In this document: positions 39,911-49,587 of the stretch, in pieces
Layout of the letters: every line of letters starts with the position of its first letter
How positions within the stretch are numbered: position 1 is the first letter of the stretch
Origin: Bdellovibrionales bacterium GWA1_52_35
GTDB taxonomy: Bacteria; Bdellovibrionota; UBA1018
NCBI GenBank assembly: GCA_001769805.1
Contig: MEPO01000019.1
Location: 37,093 to 101,092, forward strand
DNA: 64,000 bases
Direction of reading: 5' to 3'
Made by a program: the position numbers and the translations under genes
The notes under the pieces: model-generated
Told to the model about the DNA's origin: nothing
Seen by the model: the letters and a program-made list of their open reading frames with translations, nothing else
Database searches by the model: none

Positions 39911-40414
39911 ATGAAATATTTAAAACAGCTCGATGCCTTTATCGAGAAATGTGAGGGCTGGGCGCTCATTGCCATTCTCTCGGTGATGATGACCGTTGCC
40001 TTTCTTCAGGTTGTGCTCCGGAACTTCTTTTCCACCGCCCTTTCCTGGGGAGATGGCCTGACGCGTGCGCTGGTCCTGTGGGCCGGATTTGTGGGCGCCT
40101 CGATGGCAGTGAAGCAGGGCCGTTATATCAATATCGATGCGTTCTCCAGATTGCTGGGTGAGAGGTCAAAAAGAGTCAGTCGCTTTGTGGTTTATGTATT
40201 TTCCGCGCTGGTCTGCGGAGTCATGGGCTGGGCCTCCATCACCTTTATCCAGATGGAGCTCGAGGCAGCACAAAAATATTCGATCGGTGTTGATGCCTGG
40301 ATCATTGAACTGGTGATCCCAATTGTGTTTTTCTTTCTCACCTTCAGGTTTTTGTTGAAAGCCGCCTGTCTTGCCGCAGGAGAACCTCTTGAGAAGCAAG
40401 AATGGGAACGGTAA
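39911..40414 (+). CDS. TRAP transporter small permease (DctQ-like)
   Basis: Four hydrophobic helices. Position directly upstream of, and overlapping, the DctM gene. The track start at 39890 is TTG; the ATG is at 39911. Confidence 0.75.
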   Translation: MKYLKQLDAFIEKCEGWALIAILSVMMTVAFLQVVLRNFFSTALSWGDGLTRALVLWAGFVGASMAVKQGRYINIDAFSRLLGERSKRVSRFVVYVFSALVCGVMGWASITFIQMELEAAQKYSIGVDAWIIELVIPIVFFFLTFRFLLKAACLAAGEPLEKQEWER

Positions 40415-41676
40415 TCGCGATTGTCATTATAGCCCTGGCACTTCTTGGGGCACCGCTGTTCGTGGTTTTCAGTGCGGCAGCGCTCTCGCTCTTCTATTTC
40501 GCAGGCACCGATATGTCCGCAGTGATCGTGGAGCTTTACCGAATATCCACGATTCCCCTGCTCATCACGATCCCTCTTTTCACCTTTGCCGGATATCTCC
40601 TGGCGGAAAGCAAATCCCCACAGCGAATCGTTCGCTTCAGCCGTGCCCTGGTGGGTTGGATGCCCGGTGGACTTGCAATCGTCGCTCTCGTGGTTTGTGC
40701 GTTCTTCACCGCGTTTACTGGTGCATCCGGCGTGACCATCATAGCAATCGGCGGTCTCATGCTGCCGGTGCTCGCGGCAGAAGGTTATCAGGAGAAGTTC
40801 AGTATCGGCCTTTTGACCACTTCTGGAAGTCTTGGTCTGCTGTTTCCTCCGAGTCTGCCCATCATCATCTATGGTCTGGTATCGGGCACGAGCATTGATC
40901 AGCTTTTCATAGCAGGACTGCTGCCCGGCACCTTTATCGTGGTGCTGCTGAGTGTCTACTCGATGGTCATTGCCCAGCGAAGCGGGGTGAGGCGCAGCGA
41001 ATTTTCCTGGAGAGAGCTGGCAAGTGCCACCCGTGAGTTCAGCTGGGAACTTCCGCTGCCGGTCGTCGTCATCGGGGGGATTTACAGCGGACTTTTCACC
41101 GCAACCGAGGCCGCCGCAATTACAGCATTTTATGCCTTTATCATTGAAGTCTGGGTTTACAAGGATCTCAGCCTGACCCGGGACATCCCGCGTGTGATGC
41201 GGGAGAGTATGCTGCTGGTAGGTGCAATACTCATTATTCTGGGATCCGTGCTGGGTTTCACCAATTACATCGTGGATGCACAGATTCCGATTGTAGCGCT
41301 CGAATGGATCAAACAATACATGTCGAGCAAGATTGTGTTTCTAATTCTGCTGAATGTCGTGCTGCTGATTGGTGGCGCCCTACTGGACATGCTTTCGGCA
41401 CTGATGCTCGTACCGCTCGTCTTGCCTATCGCGAAGGAATTCGGAATTGACCCAATTCATCTCGGAATCATCTATCTGGCGAATCTGGAAATTGGTTACA
41501 GTTCTCCGCCGGCCGGTTTGAATCTGTTCATAGGAAGTTTCCGGTTTAAAAAGCCGGTGGTGCAGCTCTACTGGGCCTCGTTGCCCTTTCTTTCCTTTTA
41601 CGTCATAGCTCTAGGAGTAATTACCTACTGGCCCGATCTGAGTCTCGTTCTCCTGAAATACTTCGGTGGAAAATAA
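40402..41676 (+). CDS. TRAP transporter large permease (DctM-like)
   Basis: 424-aa polytopic protein with the typical DctM pattern 'SGVTIIAIGGLMLP...GSLGLLFPPSLPIIIYG'. Confidence 0.9.
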   Translation: MGTVIAIVIIALALLGAPLFVVFSAAALSLFYFAGTDMSAVIVELYRISTIPLLITIPLFTFAGYLLAESKSPQRIVRFSRALVGWMPGGLAIVALVVCAFFTAFTGASGVTIIAIGGLMLPVLAAEGYQEKFSIGLLTTSGSLGLLFPPSLPIIIYGLVSGTSIDQLFIAGLLPGTFIVVLLSVYSMVIAQRSGVRRSEFSWRELASATREFSWELPLPVVVIGGIYSGLFTATEAAAITAFYAFIIEVWVYKDLSLTRDIPRVMRESMLLVGAILIILGSVLGFTNYIVDAQIPIVALEWIKQYMSSKIVFLILLNVVLLIGGALLDMLSALMLVPLVLPIAKEFGIDPIHLGIIYLANLEIGYSSPPAGLNLFIGSFRFKKPVVQLYWASLPFLSFYVIALGVITYWPDLSLVLLKYFGGK

Positions 41677-41677
41677 T

Positions 41678-42544
41678 ATGAAAACCGCAGCCAACCTTCT
41701 GCTTATATTATGCATCGGATTGAACTTGGGATGTTCGATGAAGCGCTTTGCAGTCAAGACCACGATTCAAGTCATGGAACCCGCCGCGCAGGCTTTTTAT
41801 GAAGAAGGTGATCTGGAATTCGCTCGAGAGGCCATGCCCGCCAATCTGAAAATGATGGAAGGGCTGCTCAAATCAGTTCCTGACGATGAAGCTTTGCTGA
41901 GCTTGCTCGCCCAGGGTTATTGTTCCTATTCGTTTGCGTTCCTGGAAGATTCCGAGAAATCGGGCGACCTTGACCGCGCCAAAATGATGTATAAAAAGGG
42001 CTTTCAGTTCGGATTGCGCGCATTGCCCGAGTCGGTGCGCGCTCACGCGGGCGGTAATCTGGAAAAATTCGAAAATGCCCTGAATGACATCAAAGATGTC
42101 GCGCCCCTGTTTTGGTCCGCTTACTGCCTGGGGAGCTGGGTGAACATCAATAAGCAGGATGTCGATGCGGTTGGAGAGCTCATTCGCGTGGAGCTGATGA
42201 TGAAACGTGCGCTGGCTCTTGATGAAGAATTCTATCATGGAAGCATTCACCTGTTTTATGGAGCCTATTTCGGTGGCCGTCCCAAGATGCTGGGCGGCAG
42301 TGCAGAAAAGGCAAAGGAGCATCTGGATAAAGCGATCACCCTGAGGCAGGGTCGCTTCCTGATGCCCAAGTTGTATTATGCTCAGTTTTATGCAGTTCCC
42401 ACCCAGAACGAGGAACTATTTGAGAGGACCTTGCGCGAGGTACTTGAAGCCTCCCCAGAGCTGATGCCCGAGGAGCGCCTGGCAAACCAGGTTGCTAAAA
42501 GGCGGGCCGCAAAACTTCTTAAACAGAAGAAAGATCTATTCTAA
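41678..42544 (+). CDS. TRAP-associated TatT-like TPR protein (T component)
   Basis: Signal/lipoprotein-like N-terminus. Helical repeats. 'FYHGSIHLFYGAYFGGRPKMLGGSAEKAKEHLDKAI' matches my memory of the TatT family. The track start at 41666 is GTG; the ATG is at 41678. Confidence 0.7.
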   Translation: MKTAANLLLILCIGLNLGCSMKRFAVKTTIQVMEPAAQAFYEEGDLEFAREAMPANLKMMEGLLKSVPDDEALLSLLAQGYCSYSFAFLEDSEKSGDLDRAKMMYKKGFQFGLRALPESVRAHAGGNLEKFENALNDIKDVAPLFWSAYCLGSWVNINKQDVDAVGELIRVELMMKRALALDEEFYHGSIHLFYGAYFGGRPKMLGGSAEKAKEHLDKAITLRQGRFLMPKLYYAQFYAVPTQNEELFERTLREVLEASPELMPEERLANQVAKRRAAKLLKQKKDLF

Positions 42545-42553
42545 GGAGATAAC

Positions 42554-43567
42554 ATGAAGACGCTTGCTCTATTTTTGCTGCTCTGTGGGTTTGCAGGGGT
42601 GAATGCCGCTTCCGCCGCGAGCGTGGCATTCAAGTTCGCCACAGTCGCTCCAGAAGGATCGATGTGGATGGTTGTCATGCACGAGGTCGCGGACGAGATC
42701 AAGGCAAAGACCAAGGGTAATGTAGAGATCAAGCTATATCCAGGTGGCATTGCGGGCGATGAGCCCGACGTGCTTCGAAAGATGCGGGTAGGCCAATATC
42801 ATGGTGCTGGTTTCACCGGCGTGGGGCTTGGCGAGGTGGCGCCAGAAATTCGTATTCTGGAGCTGCCATTTTTCTACGACAGTCTGGATGAACTCCATTA
42901 TGTACGCGACAAACTGACTCCGTATTTTGAAGAAAAGCTGAAGGCTAAGAACTATATATTTCTGGATTGGGCGGAGCCCGGTCTGGTTTACCTCCTTTCG
43001 CAAAAACCCATTCGCGGCGTTGATGACATGAATGGCGTGAAAATGTGGGCGTGGGAAGGTGATCCGCTGGCGGATGCCATGCTGAAAATGTTCAAAATTT
43101 CTCCGGTGCGTGTTGCGCTTCAGGATGTTCTCATGGGTTTGCAAACCGGCATGATCAATGCCGCCTATGCGCCACCGCTTGCCGCTCTGGCCCTACAGTG
43201 GCAGACCAAGGTGAAGTACATGACCAGTGAGCCGATGACCAATAGTGTCGGCGCAATTCTGTTTTCAAAAACCCAGTGGGAAAAGCTCACCCCGGCGGAT
43301 CAACAGCTGGTTCGCAAGATCATGGCCAACGGTGCGGCGAAGCTCGCCCAGTCAACGGCAAAACAGAATTCAGAAGTCATTGAAAAGTTCAAACAGCAGG
43401 GTATCCAGATTGTCACTCCCGCAAAAGAGGGACGCGACGAGATGTTCAATGCCGGGGCCAAAGTCCGGCAAGAGCTGGTTGGAAAGCTTTATTCGGCTGA
43501 CCTGTTGAAGCGGGTCGAGGATTTGGTACAGGAATTTCGAACCAAAAAGCCCGCAAAGAAAAAATAG
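42554..43567 (+). CDS. TRAP transporter substrate-binding protein (DctP family)
   Basis: AAGGAG RBS. Signal peptide. DctP-like 'FKFATVAPEGSMW...VEIKLYPGGIAGDEPDVLRKMRVGQ'. Confidence 0.85.
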   Translation: MKTLALFLLLCGFAGVNAASAASVAFKFATVAPEGSMWMVVMHEVADEIKAKTKGNVEIKLYPGGIAGDEPDVLRKMRVGQYHGAGFTGVGLGEVAPEIRILELPFFYDSLDELHYVRDKLTPYFEEKLKAKNYIFLDWAEPGLVYLLSQKPIRGVDDMNGVKMWAWEGDPLADAMLKMFKISPVRVALQDVLMGLQTGMINAAYAPPLAALALQWQTKVKYMTSEPMTNSVGAILFSKTQWEKLTPADQQLVRKIMANGAAKLAQSTAKQNSEVIEKFKQQGIQIVTPAKEGRDEMFNAGAKVRQELVGKLYSADLLKRVEDLVQEFRTKKPAKKK

Positions 43568-43570
43568 AAG

Positions 43571-43936
43571 CTACTCGGGAAAAAGAAGTTTCTCGGCCTC
43601 TTCCGGGGAAATGCTGCCTTCCTGAACAGCCCGAAGAACTGTGAGTCGGGCTTGATGAAGATCGATTTCTGCATCGGGCGCGCTTTGGGCTGTGGAGGTA
43701 ATCGGCTGGGCGCCAGGACTCATTGAGCCGCCCGCCAGTTTCAGCAGCTTCTCCCGGAAATCGGGTGGAAGGCTGTTTTCGAATTCCTCCATTTCCTTTT
43801 TCACGTCGAAACCAGCCATCATATTATGCATCAATCTTTGCATTCGATTGAGCTGCTCGGGCGGGAGCTGCTGGATCAGCTGGGAAATTTCCATCAGGGC
43901 TTTGGGGTCCATTTTACTGGGATCGAATGGGATCAT
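43571..43936 (-). CDS. Hypothetical protein with a SHOCT-like C-terminal helix
   Basis: C-terminal 'LRAVQEGSISPEEAEKLL'. The track start is GTG at 43960; the first ATG is at 43936. Confidence 0.4.
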   Translation of the reverse strand: MIPFDPSKMDPKALMEISQLIQQLPPEQLNRMQRLMHNMMAGFDVKKEMEEFENSLPPDFREKLLKLAGGSMSPGAQPITSTAQSAPDAEIDLHQARLTVLRAVQEGSISPEEAEKLLFPE

Positions 43937-44028
43937 AGCGGCCCAACATAGCCGAAACACAAGGATTCGTCAGCTACTTCCAGCACCGGGCTTGCGTTCC
44001 AACTGGCTTCCGCCCAGAATAGGCAGGT

Positions 44029-44373
44029 ATGGATGAAACATCGCATTGGAAACGATGCAGTAGCTGCAAAAAACCAATTGGATTCGGGATCAAATACTGG
44101 GTGTGCAATGTCTCCACTTGTAACCGTAAGCGTACGGGCCTGCTCTTCTGCAGTGTATCCTGTTGGGATGCACACGTGCCCCAGATGAATCATAGGGAAA
44201 GCTGGGCTGAGGAGCGGAGTTCGCCATCGCAGAGCGACTGGGCGCGGACATTGTCGGGGGAGGACAAAATTCCACGAACGCGAAAGACCGTTGAGCACGC
44301 GCAGAAAGAGGCTCGGCAACAAAAGGCGCCATTACAGCCGCAAGTAATTTTGCGACGATCTCGATCCGAGTAG
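44029..44373 (+). CDS. Small Cys-rich (zinc-ribbon-like) protein with a basic tail
   Basis: 'CSSCKKPI...WVCNVSTCNRK...FCSVSCWDAH' gives several CxxC-like pairs. Confidence 0.4.
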   Translation: MDETSHWKRCSSCKKPIGFGIKYWVCNVSTCNRKRTGLLFCSVSCWDAHVPQMNHRESWAEERSSPSQSDWARTLSGEDKIPRTRKTVEHAQKEARQQKAPLQPQVILRRSRSE

Positions 44374-44440
44374 TGGAGCCGTAAACTCCGCCAACTAAAA
44401 TTTTTTAGCCTATTCAGCGGACAGCTGATAGTTTTGAAGA

Positions 44441-45967
44441 ATGAATATCAGAATCCTCGCAATGGCTTTTGTCGCCCTGTCCTTTCCGCTCTTCTCTGCG
44501 GCAACTGATTCCAGAACGGTTGACTTGAAACAGATCCAGGGCGCGTTAAATAGATCAAAAGCAAATTGGAGTGCGAAAGCAACCTGGCTTTCAGAATTGC
44601 CCGCGAGTGAACTTGAAAAAGTGATGGGGCTTCAGCATGCTCCTGAAGGCGATCTGGATTTTGAAGCAGTTCCCGGGTTCAGAAATAATGAGCTGCCCGT
44701 TTCGATTGATTGGCGGAACAAGGATGGGGTGAACTGGATCGGGCCTATCATGAACCAGGGCAATTGTGGAAGCTGCGTCGCGTTCGCGGCAGTTGCCACG
44801 CTGGAAGCCCAGGCCTCGATTAGTGCAGGCCTCCCCTGGTTGCGCTCAAGTTTTTCACCCCAAGCCCTTTTTTCCTGCGGTGGCGGCGGCTGTGGTATCG
44901 GATGGCTCTCCGGAGAAGCAGCGGCTTTCCTTTCTTCCAGGGGTGTTCCGGACGAAGCGTGCATGCCTTACACCTCCGGGTCGACTTCCGAGGATGTTGC
45001 CTGCAGTAATCTTTGCGCAGATGCAAGCGCACGCACTTATAAAATAGCAAGCTACACGATGCCGAGTCATTTCGGCACAGGCCGTGAGGTTGTGAAGGAA
45101 GCGCTCAAAAATGGTCCTCTCGTGACCTCAATGAGAGTGTACGCCGACTTCGTTACTTATGCGGGCGGAATATACAAACACGTCTCTGGGCCCTCGCTCG
45201 GTGGACATGCAATCAGCCTTATCGGTTACGATGAAAACAAGCGTGCCTGGCTCATCCGCAACAGCTGGGGCATGGAGTGGGGCGAGGCAGGTTTCGGTTG
45301 GATCAGCTGGGACGATCGTTCGGGCGTTGGTGTGGATACCTACAAGTACAACCCGATGCCGGAGAAGACCCATATTTCAGTCAATGCTCCGCTGGATCGT
45401 GAATACATCTCTGGAGAGTATTTACTTTTGGCACGTGCACAGGGGCTGGCAACGGATCTGCTCCAGTTTCGGATCAAAAGCCCACAAGGGAAGGATTTTG
45501 GAGCATATTCCTGCACCCTTCAAAAAGACACCTGTTCGACTCAGCTGGATACGCGACAGCTGCCGGAAGGAAGGTATGAGGTTTTTGCTGAAACCGCCAC
45601 GTCAGGCATAAAATCGCAGCCCCGGAGTTTTTACGTGATCAACAGTAAGCCTCGTTTGAGTCTCAGCTTTCAGGCCGCATCTGGAGTTGATCTGAGCAAA
45701 CCGCTGAAAGGTCGGCCTGAGTTCTTGATTCAGGCGGTTTCATCACCCGTTCCAATTCAACACCTGGAATTCGTGGTGCTTGATCTGAACGAAAAACCGG
45801 TCGTTATTAAAACCAATGAATACGTCCTGGAATCCATTAAGATGGGTTGGCGTACATTGGGTGTTCCGAACGGCGCGTATAAAATATATTTCCGTGGTGA
45901 AACCAATTATAACGGGAAAACTTATTCCGTTGAGACACCCCGCGCGTCGGTAACGGTTCAGAACTAA
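44441..45967 (+). CDS. C1 (papain-like) cysteine peptidase with two C-terminal beta-sandwich-like repeats
   Basis: Signal peptide. Cys 'QGNCGSCVAFAAVA', His 'GGHAISLIGYD', 'NSWGMEWGEAGF'. C-terminal repeats end '...LPEGRYEVFAE...' and '...VPNGAYKIYFRGE...'. Confidence 0.85.
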   Translation: MNIRILAMAFVALSFPLFSAATDSRTVDLKQIQGALNRSKANWSAKATWLSELPASELEKVMGLQHAPEGDLDFEAVPGFRNNELPVSIDWRNKDGVNWIGPIMNQGNCGSCVAFAAVATLEAQASISAGLPWLRSSFSPQALFSCGGGGCGIGWLSGEAAAFLSSRGVPDEACMPYTSGSTSEDVACSNLCADASARTYKIASYTMPSHFGTGREVVKEALKNGPLVTSMRVYADFVTYAGGIYKHVSGPSLGGHAISLIGYDENKRAWLIRNSWGMEWGEAGFGWISWDDRSGVGVDTYKYNPMPEKTHISVNAPLDREYISGEYLLLARAQGLATDLLQFRIKSPQGKDFGAYSCTLQKDTCSTQLDTRQLPEGRYEVFAETATSGIKSQPRSFYVINSKPRLSLSFQAASGVDLSKPLKGRPEFLIQAVSSPVPIQHLEFVVLDLNEKPVVIKTNEYVLESIKMGWRTLGVPNGAYKIYFRGETNYNGKTYSVETPRASVTVQN

Positions 45968-46007
45968 ACGGCCATAGCGGTACAAGTATTGCTGATTTCA
46001 GGCCTGC

Positions 46008-47033
46008 GTGCCGGAAGATAAACCCAGGGTTTCTATACATCGCGCTTTAATTATCGTATTTCTCAGTACGCTGATTCTGGCCATTGAGTTTGCGCTCTAT
46101 TCTGTTCGGTGGATTGCGCTAGCCGCCGTCATTGGAATTGCGCTGAGTGTGATACTTTACCCAGCCATGCGGTTTATGAAACAGAAACTCAAAATTCCGC
46201 AGGGCGTAAGCGCTTTCTTGTTTTTCGTCGGATCCCTGGGTTTGATCGTCGGGTCTGCTATTATCTTGTACTCCGTCGTGGCTGAGCAGTTATTTCCACT
46301 TGTTGATAAACTGCCGGATTTAATACAGCAAGCTAGGCAAAGAATGAGTGAGCTCCTTGCATACGCGCCCGGTTTGTCCAGACAAATGGGATCAATCGAT
46401 CTCGGCGAGTTGCTCGGCGCAGCTCCCGCAGAGCTTGCTCATGGCTTTCGTCTCGGCGCTTCGGCCATTGGGGGGCTTGTATTTGTCGTGATTCTGGCCG
46501 TTTATCTGGCGATCGACGCACAAAGCTATATGAGCGGTCTGCTTTCGCTATGGCCAAAGCAGGCCCGACCCAAGGTCAGTAAAGCCTTAGGGGAATCGGC
46601 GTACACGATCCGGCAATGGTTTGTCTCTCAACTGATTGCAATGACGGCAGTGGGTGTATTGACAGGTTTGGGCTTGTGGTTAGCAGGTTTCGATTATTGG
46701 CTTTTATTTGGGGTTTTAACGGGAGCTTTGGATATCATCCCGTACCTGGGACCACTCGCATCGGCAAGCGCCGCAATCCTTATAGCGATAGCCTCAGATC
46801 CTGACAAAATTATTTGGATTATTTTTGTATACGTTGTGATGCAGCAGATTGAGGGCCATCTGATCATTCCGCTGGTGATGAAAGAGCGCATTGATTTGCC
46901 GCCCGCCCATTTAATGACGCTCATGCTTGTGCTGGGCTCGTGGTTTGGAATAATTGGTCTACTGATCGCCCCCGGATTATTGGCGGTGAGTCGAACCATT
47001 TATCAAAAATTTTACGCAAGGAACGATTTTTGA
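46008..47033 (+). CDS. AI-2E family (PerM/UPF0118) transporter
   Basis: Polytopic protein. 'GALDIIPYLGPL' motif. GTG start. Confidence 0.8.
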   Translation: MPEDKPRVSIHRALIIVFLSTLILAIEFALYSVRWIALAAVIGIALSVILYPAMRFMKQKLKIPQGVSAFLFFVGSLGLIVGSAIILYSVVAEQLFPLVDKLPDLIQQARQRMSELLAYAPGLSRQMGSIDLGELLGAAPAELAHGFRLGASAIGGLVFVVILAVYLAIDAQSYMSGLLSLWPKQARPKVSKALGESAYTIRQWFVSQLIAMTAVGVLTGLGLWLAGFDYWLLFGVLTGALDIIPYLGPLASASAAILIAIASDPDKIIWIIFVYVVMQQIEGHLIIPLVMKERIDLPPAHLMTLMLVLGSWFGIIGLLIAPGLLAVSRTIYQKFYARNDF

Positions 47034-47081
47034 GTTTATTGAAGTAGCTTTTGCTCCCGCGCCTAAGCAAAATCAGTAATC

Positions 47082-47984
47082 ATGCGATGCGCCGACCTCC
47101 GTCTTCTTATTACTATTTGTCTGTATTGGGGTGTTTGCACTTCGGCATATTCAGCTGAGGCTTCGCTGAATCCAGGGCCCGTGGATTTTGCAGTAAATAA
47201 GCTCAAAAAAGCGGAAGTGTCGGAAGGCTTTATATTGCAGCTCCAGCAGCTCCACATTCCCGAGGATCGCGACCGGATTATAGAGCTGAACGTCCTGGGC
47301 GGTCTGGCCACAGCAGATTACTCAGGACATTACAGCAAACGGGCACTCAAGCGTTGTGCAGATTTCATTAAAAAATATCGCAAGGATCTGAAAAAAGCCG
47401 AGAAGACCTTCGGAATTTCAAAGGAAGTGATCGCAGCTCTGCTTTGGGTTGAAACGAAGCACGGAAAGATCACCGGAAGATACAATGTCGCCAATGTATT
47501 CTTCAGTCTTCTGCAGGCAGATCACCCGGAGGTGATCAAGTCCAGCCTTGTCGCAGGAGCGGCCAAATTTCCTGGTCGAGGAGAGGAGTACCGGCAGAAA
47601 ATCATCGAGCGTTCCCTGACGAAGGCAAACTGGGCCAAGAATGAGCTTCTGTCTCTTGATGTGGTATTTCGCGGCAAGCCCGGCCGTCTGATGATGCTGT
47701 CGGGCTCCCACTCGGGTGCATTTGGGATACCGCAGTTTATTCCTTCCAGTTATGTTCAATGGGCCCGGACCCCGTCGAAGACACGGAAGCCGGACCTTTT
47801 CAAAATCAACGACGTGATCCAGAGTGTGGCCTTTTATCTGAAGGCAAATGGCTGGATTCATGGAGATGAAGCAGCACAGAGAACTGCGCTTTTTCATTAT
47901 AATCGAGCTCAGGGTTATGTGGATGTCATATTGAAGATAGCAGCTGCTCTGCAGTCTCAGGGAAAGGCCGGTAAATCCCGCTGA
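47082..47984 (+). CDS. MltB-family lytic murein transglycosylase
   Basis: Signal peptide. Catalytic Glu context 'LLWVETKHGKITG'. 'GAFGIPQFIPSSY'. Confidence 0.75.
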   Translation: MRCADLRLLITICLYWGVCTSAYSAEASLNPGPVDFAVNKLKKAEVSEGFILQLQQLHIPEDRDRIIELNVLGGLATADYSGHYSKRALKRCADFIKKYRKDLKKAEKTFGISKEVIAALLWVETKHGKITGRYNVANVFFSLLQADHPEVIKSSLVAGAAKFPGRGEEYRQKIIERSLTKANWAKNELLSLDVVFRGKPGRLMMLSGSHSGAFGIPQFIPSSYVQWARTPSKTRKPDLFKINDVIQSVAFYLKANGWIHGDEAAQRTALFHYNRAQGYVDVILKIAAALQSQGKAGKSR

Positions 47985-48775
47985 CTGAGTCCCGCTTGGA
48001 TCATTTGCCAGGCAAACGCTGGCGCAACAGCCTCCAGCTTGTTCAATCCCAGTTCCTGGAGAATTTCTCTCGTAATCGCCGGGTGGAATCCAGAAAGTAA
48101 TACGAAGCCGCGACCCGCACGAAGCTGGGTGATTGCGGGCTTGCCGTCCGGGTACCGGGCGATCACACCACCCGGAATGGCAGGCGTGACAGGACCGCCG
48201 AACCAGAGAAGTTCCCTTGATCTACCATCTGGAAATTGCGCAAGGCTTAACGCGTATTCCCGGCCTTGTCGCTGTAAGTAACTTTGCTCCTGGATCGGGC
48301 CTGTGACAATGCCAAACCCGTAACTTTGGTCATCCACCACTGGATCGGGAGTGATCGCGGCCCAGGCTCCCGCGCAGAATCCAAGATAGCTCAGTCCGTG
48401 CTCTCGCACGGCAATGCGAAGTCTGTTTCGCGTTGAACCACGTAAGTTCCTTGTGAGCGTCCAGGCATCTCCACCAGGAAAAATCAGCAGCCGAAACTTT
48501 GTGATTTGCTCAAGCGAGAATGAGTCGAGTTCCTGACCGGAGACTTGCTGGTAGGTGGCTCCGTGTTCATAGAGAATGCTCGACAGGGTTTCCACTTCCA
48601 ATCCCCAGCTGCCCGGCCCGGAATAGATCAGCGCGTCGGTACGCTCCCGGCCCGGATTGGATGCCGGAGCGGGTGGAGTGCCGCCGGGTGAATCTCCTTT
48701 TGGATAAGAACAACCCGCAATGGCAAAAAAAATGACAATCGCGAAAGCCCGAAAAACCCCGCCCCCTGCTTGCAT
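47957..48775 (-). CDS. Lipoprotein with a class-I glutamine-amidotransferase-like (BPL_N/DJ-1-like) fold and a candidate nucleophilic Cys
   Basis: The ATG at 48775 overlaps the upstream stop (TAATG). Lipobox 'IAGC'. 'LLIFPGGDA' and a nucleophile-elbow-like 'LGFCAGAW'. Confidence 0.5.
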   Translation of the reverse strand: MQAGGGVFRAFAIVIFFAIAGCSYPKGDSPGGTPPAPASNPGRERTDALIYSGPGSWGLEVETLSSILYEHGATYQQVSGQELDSFSLEQITKFRLLIFPGGDAWTLTRNLRGSTRNRLRIAVREHGLSYLGFCAGAWAAITPDPVVDDQSYGFGIVTGPIQEQSYLQRQGREYALSLAQFPDGRSRELLWFGGPVTPAIPGGVIARYPDGKPAITQLRAGRGFVLLSGFHPAITREILQELGLNKLEAVAPAFAWQMIQAGLSQRDLPAFP

Positions 48776-49587
48776 TATATTTTGGTGGTCAACGAGAGAG
48801 AGGACCATAATTCATTTCCGGCATTCAAATCTGATCGATAGGACCACTGCCTGTCCAGGCTTAAGCTGATGGTGAACCTGGAAATATATATGCTGGTTCC
48901 TATCTGGAGCGTGGAATGAGTCAGTCCGGGTCGAATATTGAATACACCATCGTGGTAATTCAGTGATCCGCTGATTCCAAGGTACTGAGCCAATGTGCCG
49001 GGTAGAAGAGTCGGAACTTCATGCGCATAACGAAGATGCGCCTGGTGAAGTGCTCCACCCTGGTATTGATCTTTTCTATTCCGTTCCCAGTAAATCGAGT
49101 AGTAGACATTATAGGCGGGAATGACGTGAGAGCCGGCAATCGGCAAGAGCGCCGGCAAGGACAGGCCAAGATGCAATTTATTTCCCTGTTTTATTTCGAG
49201 TGGTTTTTCGATGCCAAACTCGTCCACCTGTAATTCCGGTTTAGGATAAATCCAATAATCGGCAAAGCCTTGAACCTGAATCGCCAGCGGCGAGCCCCTG
49301 AAAATGATCCGGCTGTATCTCGCCATTACATCCAGCTCATCATTAAAATGATTTGCCCGATCCAGCTGCAGAGCGGACCAGAACATAAGAGAGAAACCGG
49401 GGGTAAGGATGTCGATACTGAGTGAAGGCTGCACTACCGGGTGGTCTCCCCCGACTTTAAATCCATCCATCATGTATTTTGAGGAAAAGGTCAGATCTGT
49501 CGTTACACCAAGGTGGCCAGCTTCACTGCTGAGAACATTGGAAGCTGTAAACAAAAACCCGAATATGACTAATAAACGTATTTTCAT
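48775..49587 (-). CDS. Outer-membrane beta-barrel, TorF / Gcw_chp-like putative porin
   Basis: Signal peptide. 'TTDLTFSSKYMMDGFKVGGDHPVVQPSLSID' resembles the TorF-family N-terminal motif. ATGA overlap with the upstream gene. Confidence 0.5.
   Translation of the reverse strand: MKIRLLVIFGFLFTASNVLSSEAGHLGVTTDLTFSSKYMMDGFKVGGDHPVVQPSLSIDILTPGFSLMFWSALQLDRANHFNDELDVMARYSRIIFRGSPLAIQVQGFADYWIYPKPELQVDEFGIEKPLEIKQGNKLHLGLSLPALLPIAGSHVIPAYNVYYSIYWERNRKDQYQGGALHQAHLRYAHEVPTLLPGTLAQYLGISGSLNYHDGVFNIRPGLTHSTLQIGTSIYISRFTISLSLDRQWSYRSDLNAGNELWSSLSLTTKI

Noticed and set aside
40192-41316. 374-aa ORF antisense to the DctM gene
   Set aside because: The translation is a His/Arg/Gly/Cys/Asp-rich sequence with no protein-like hydrophobic periodicity. 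The opposite strand encodes a clear TRAP large permease. This is a typical shadow ORF of a moderately GC-rich gene.
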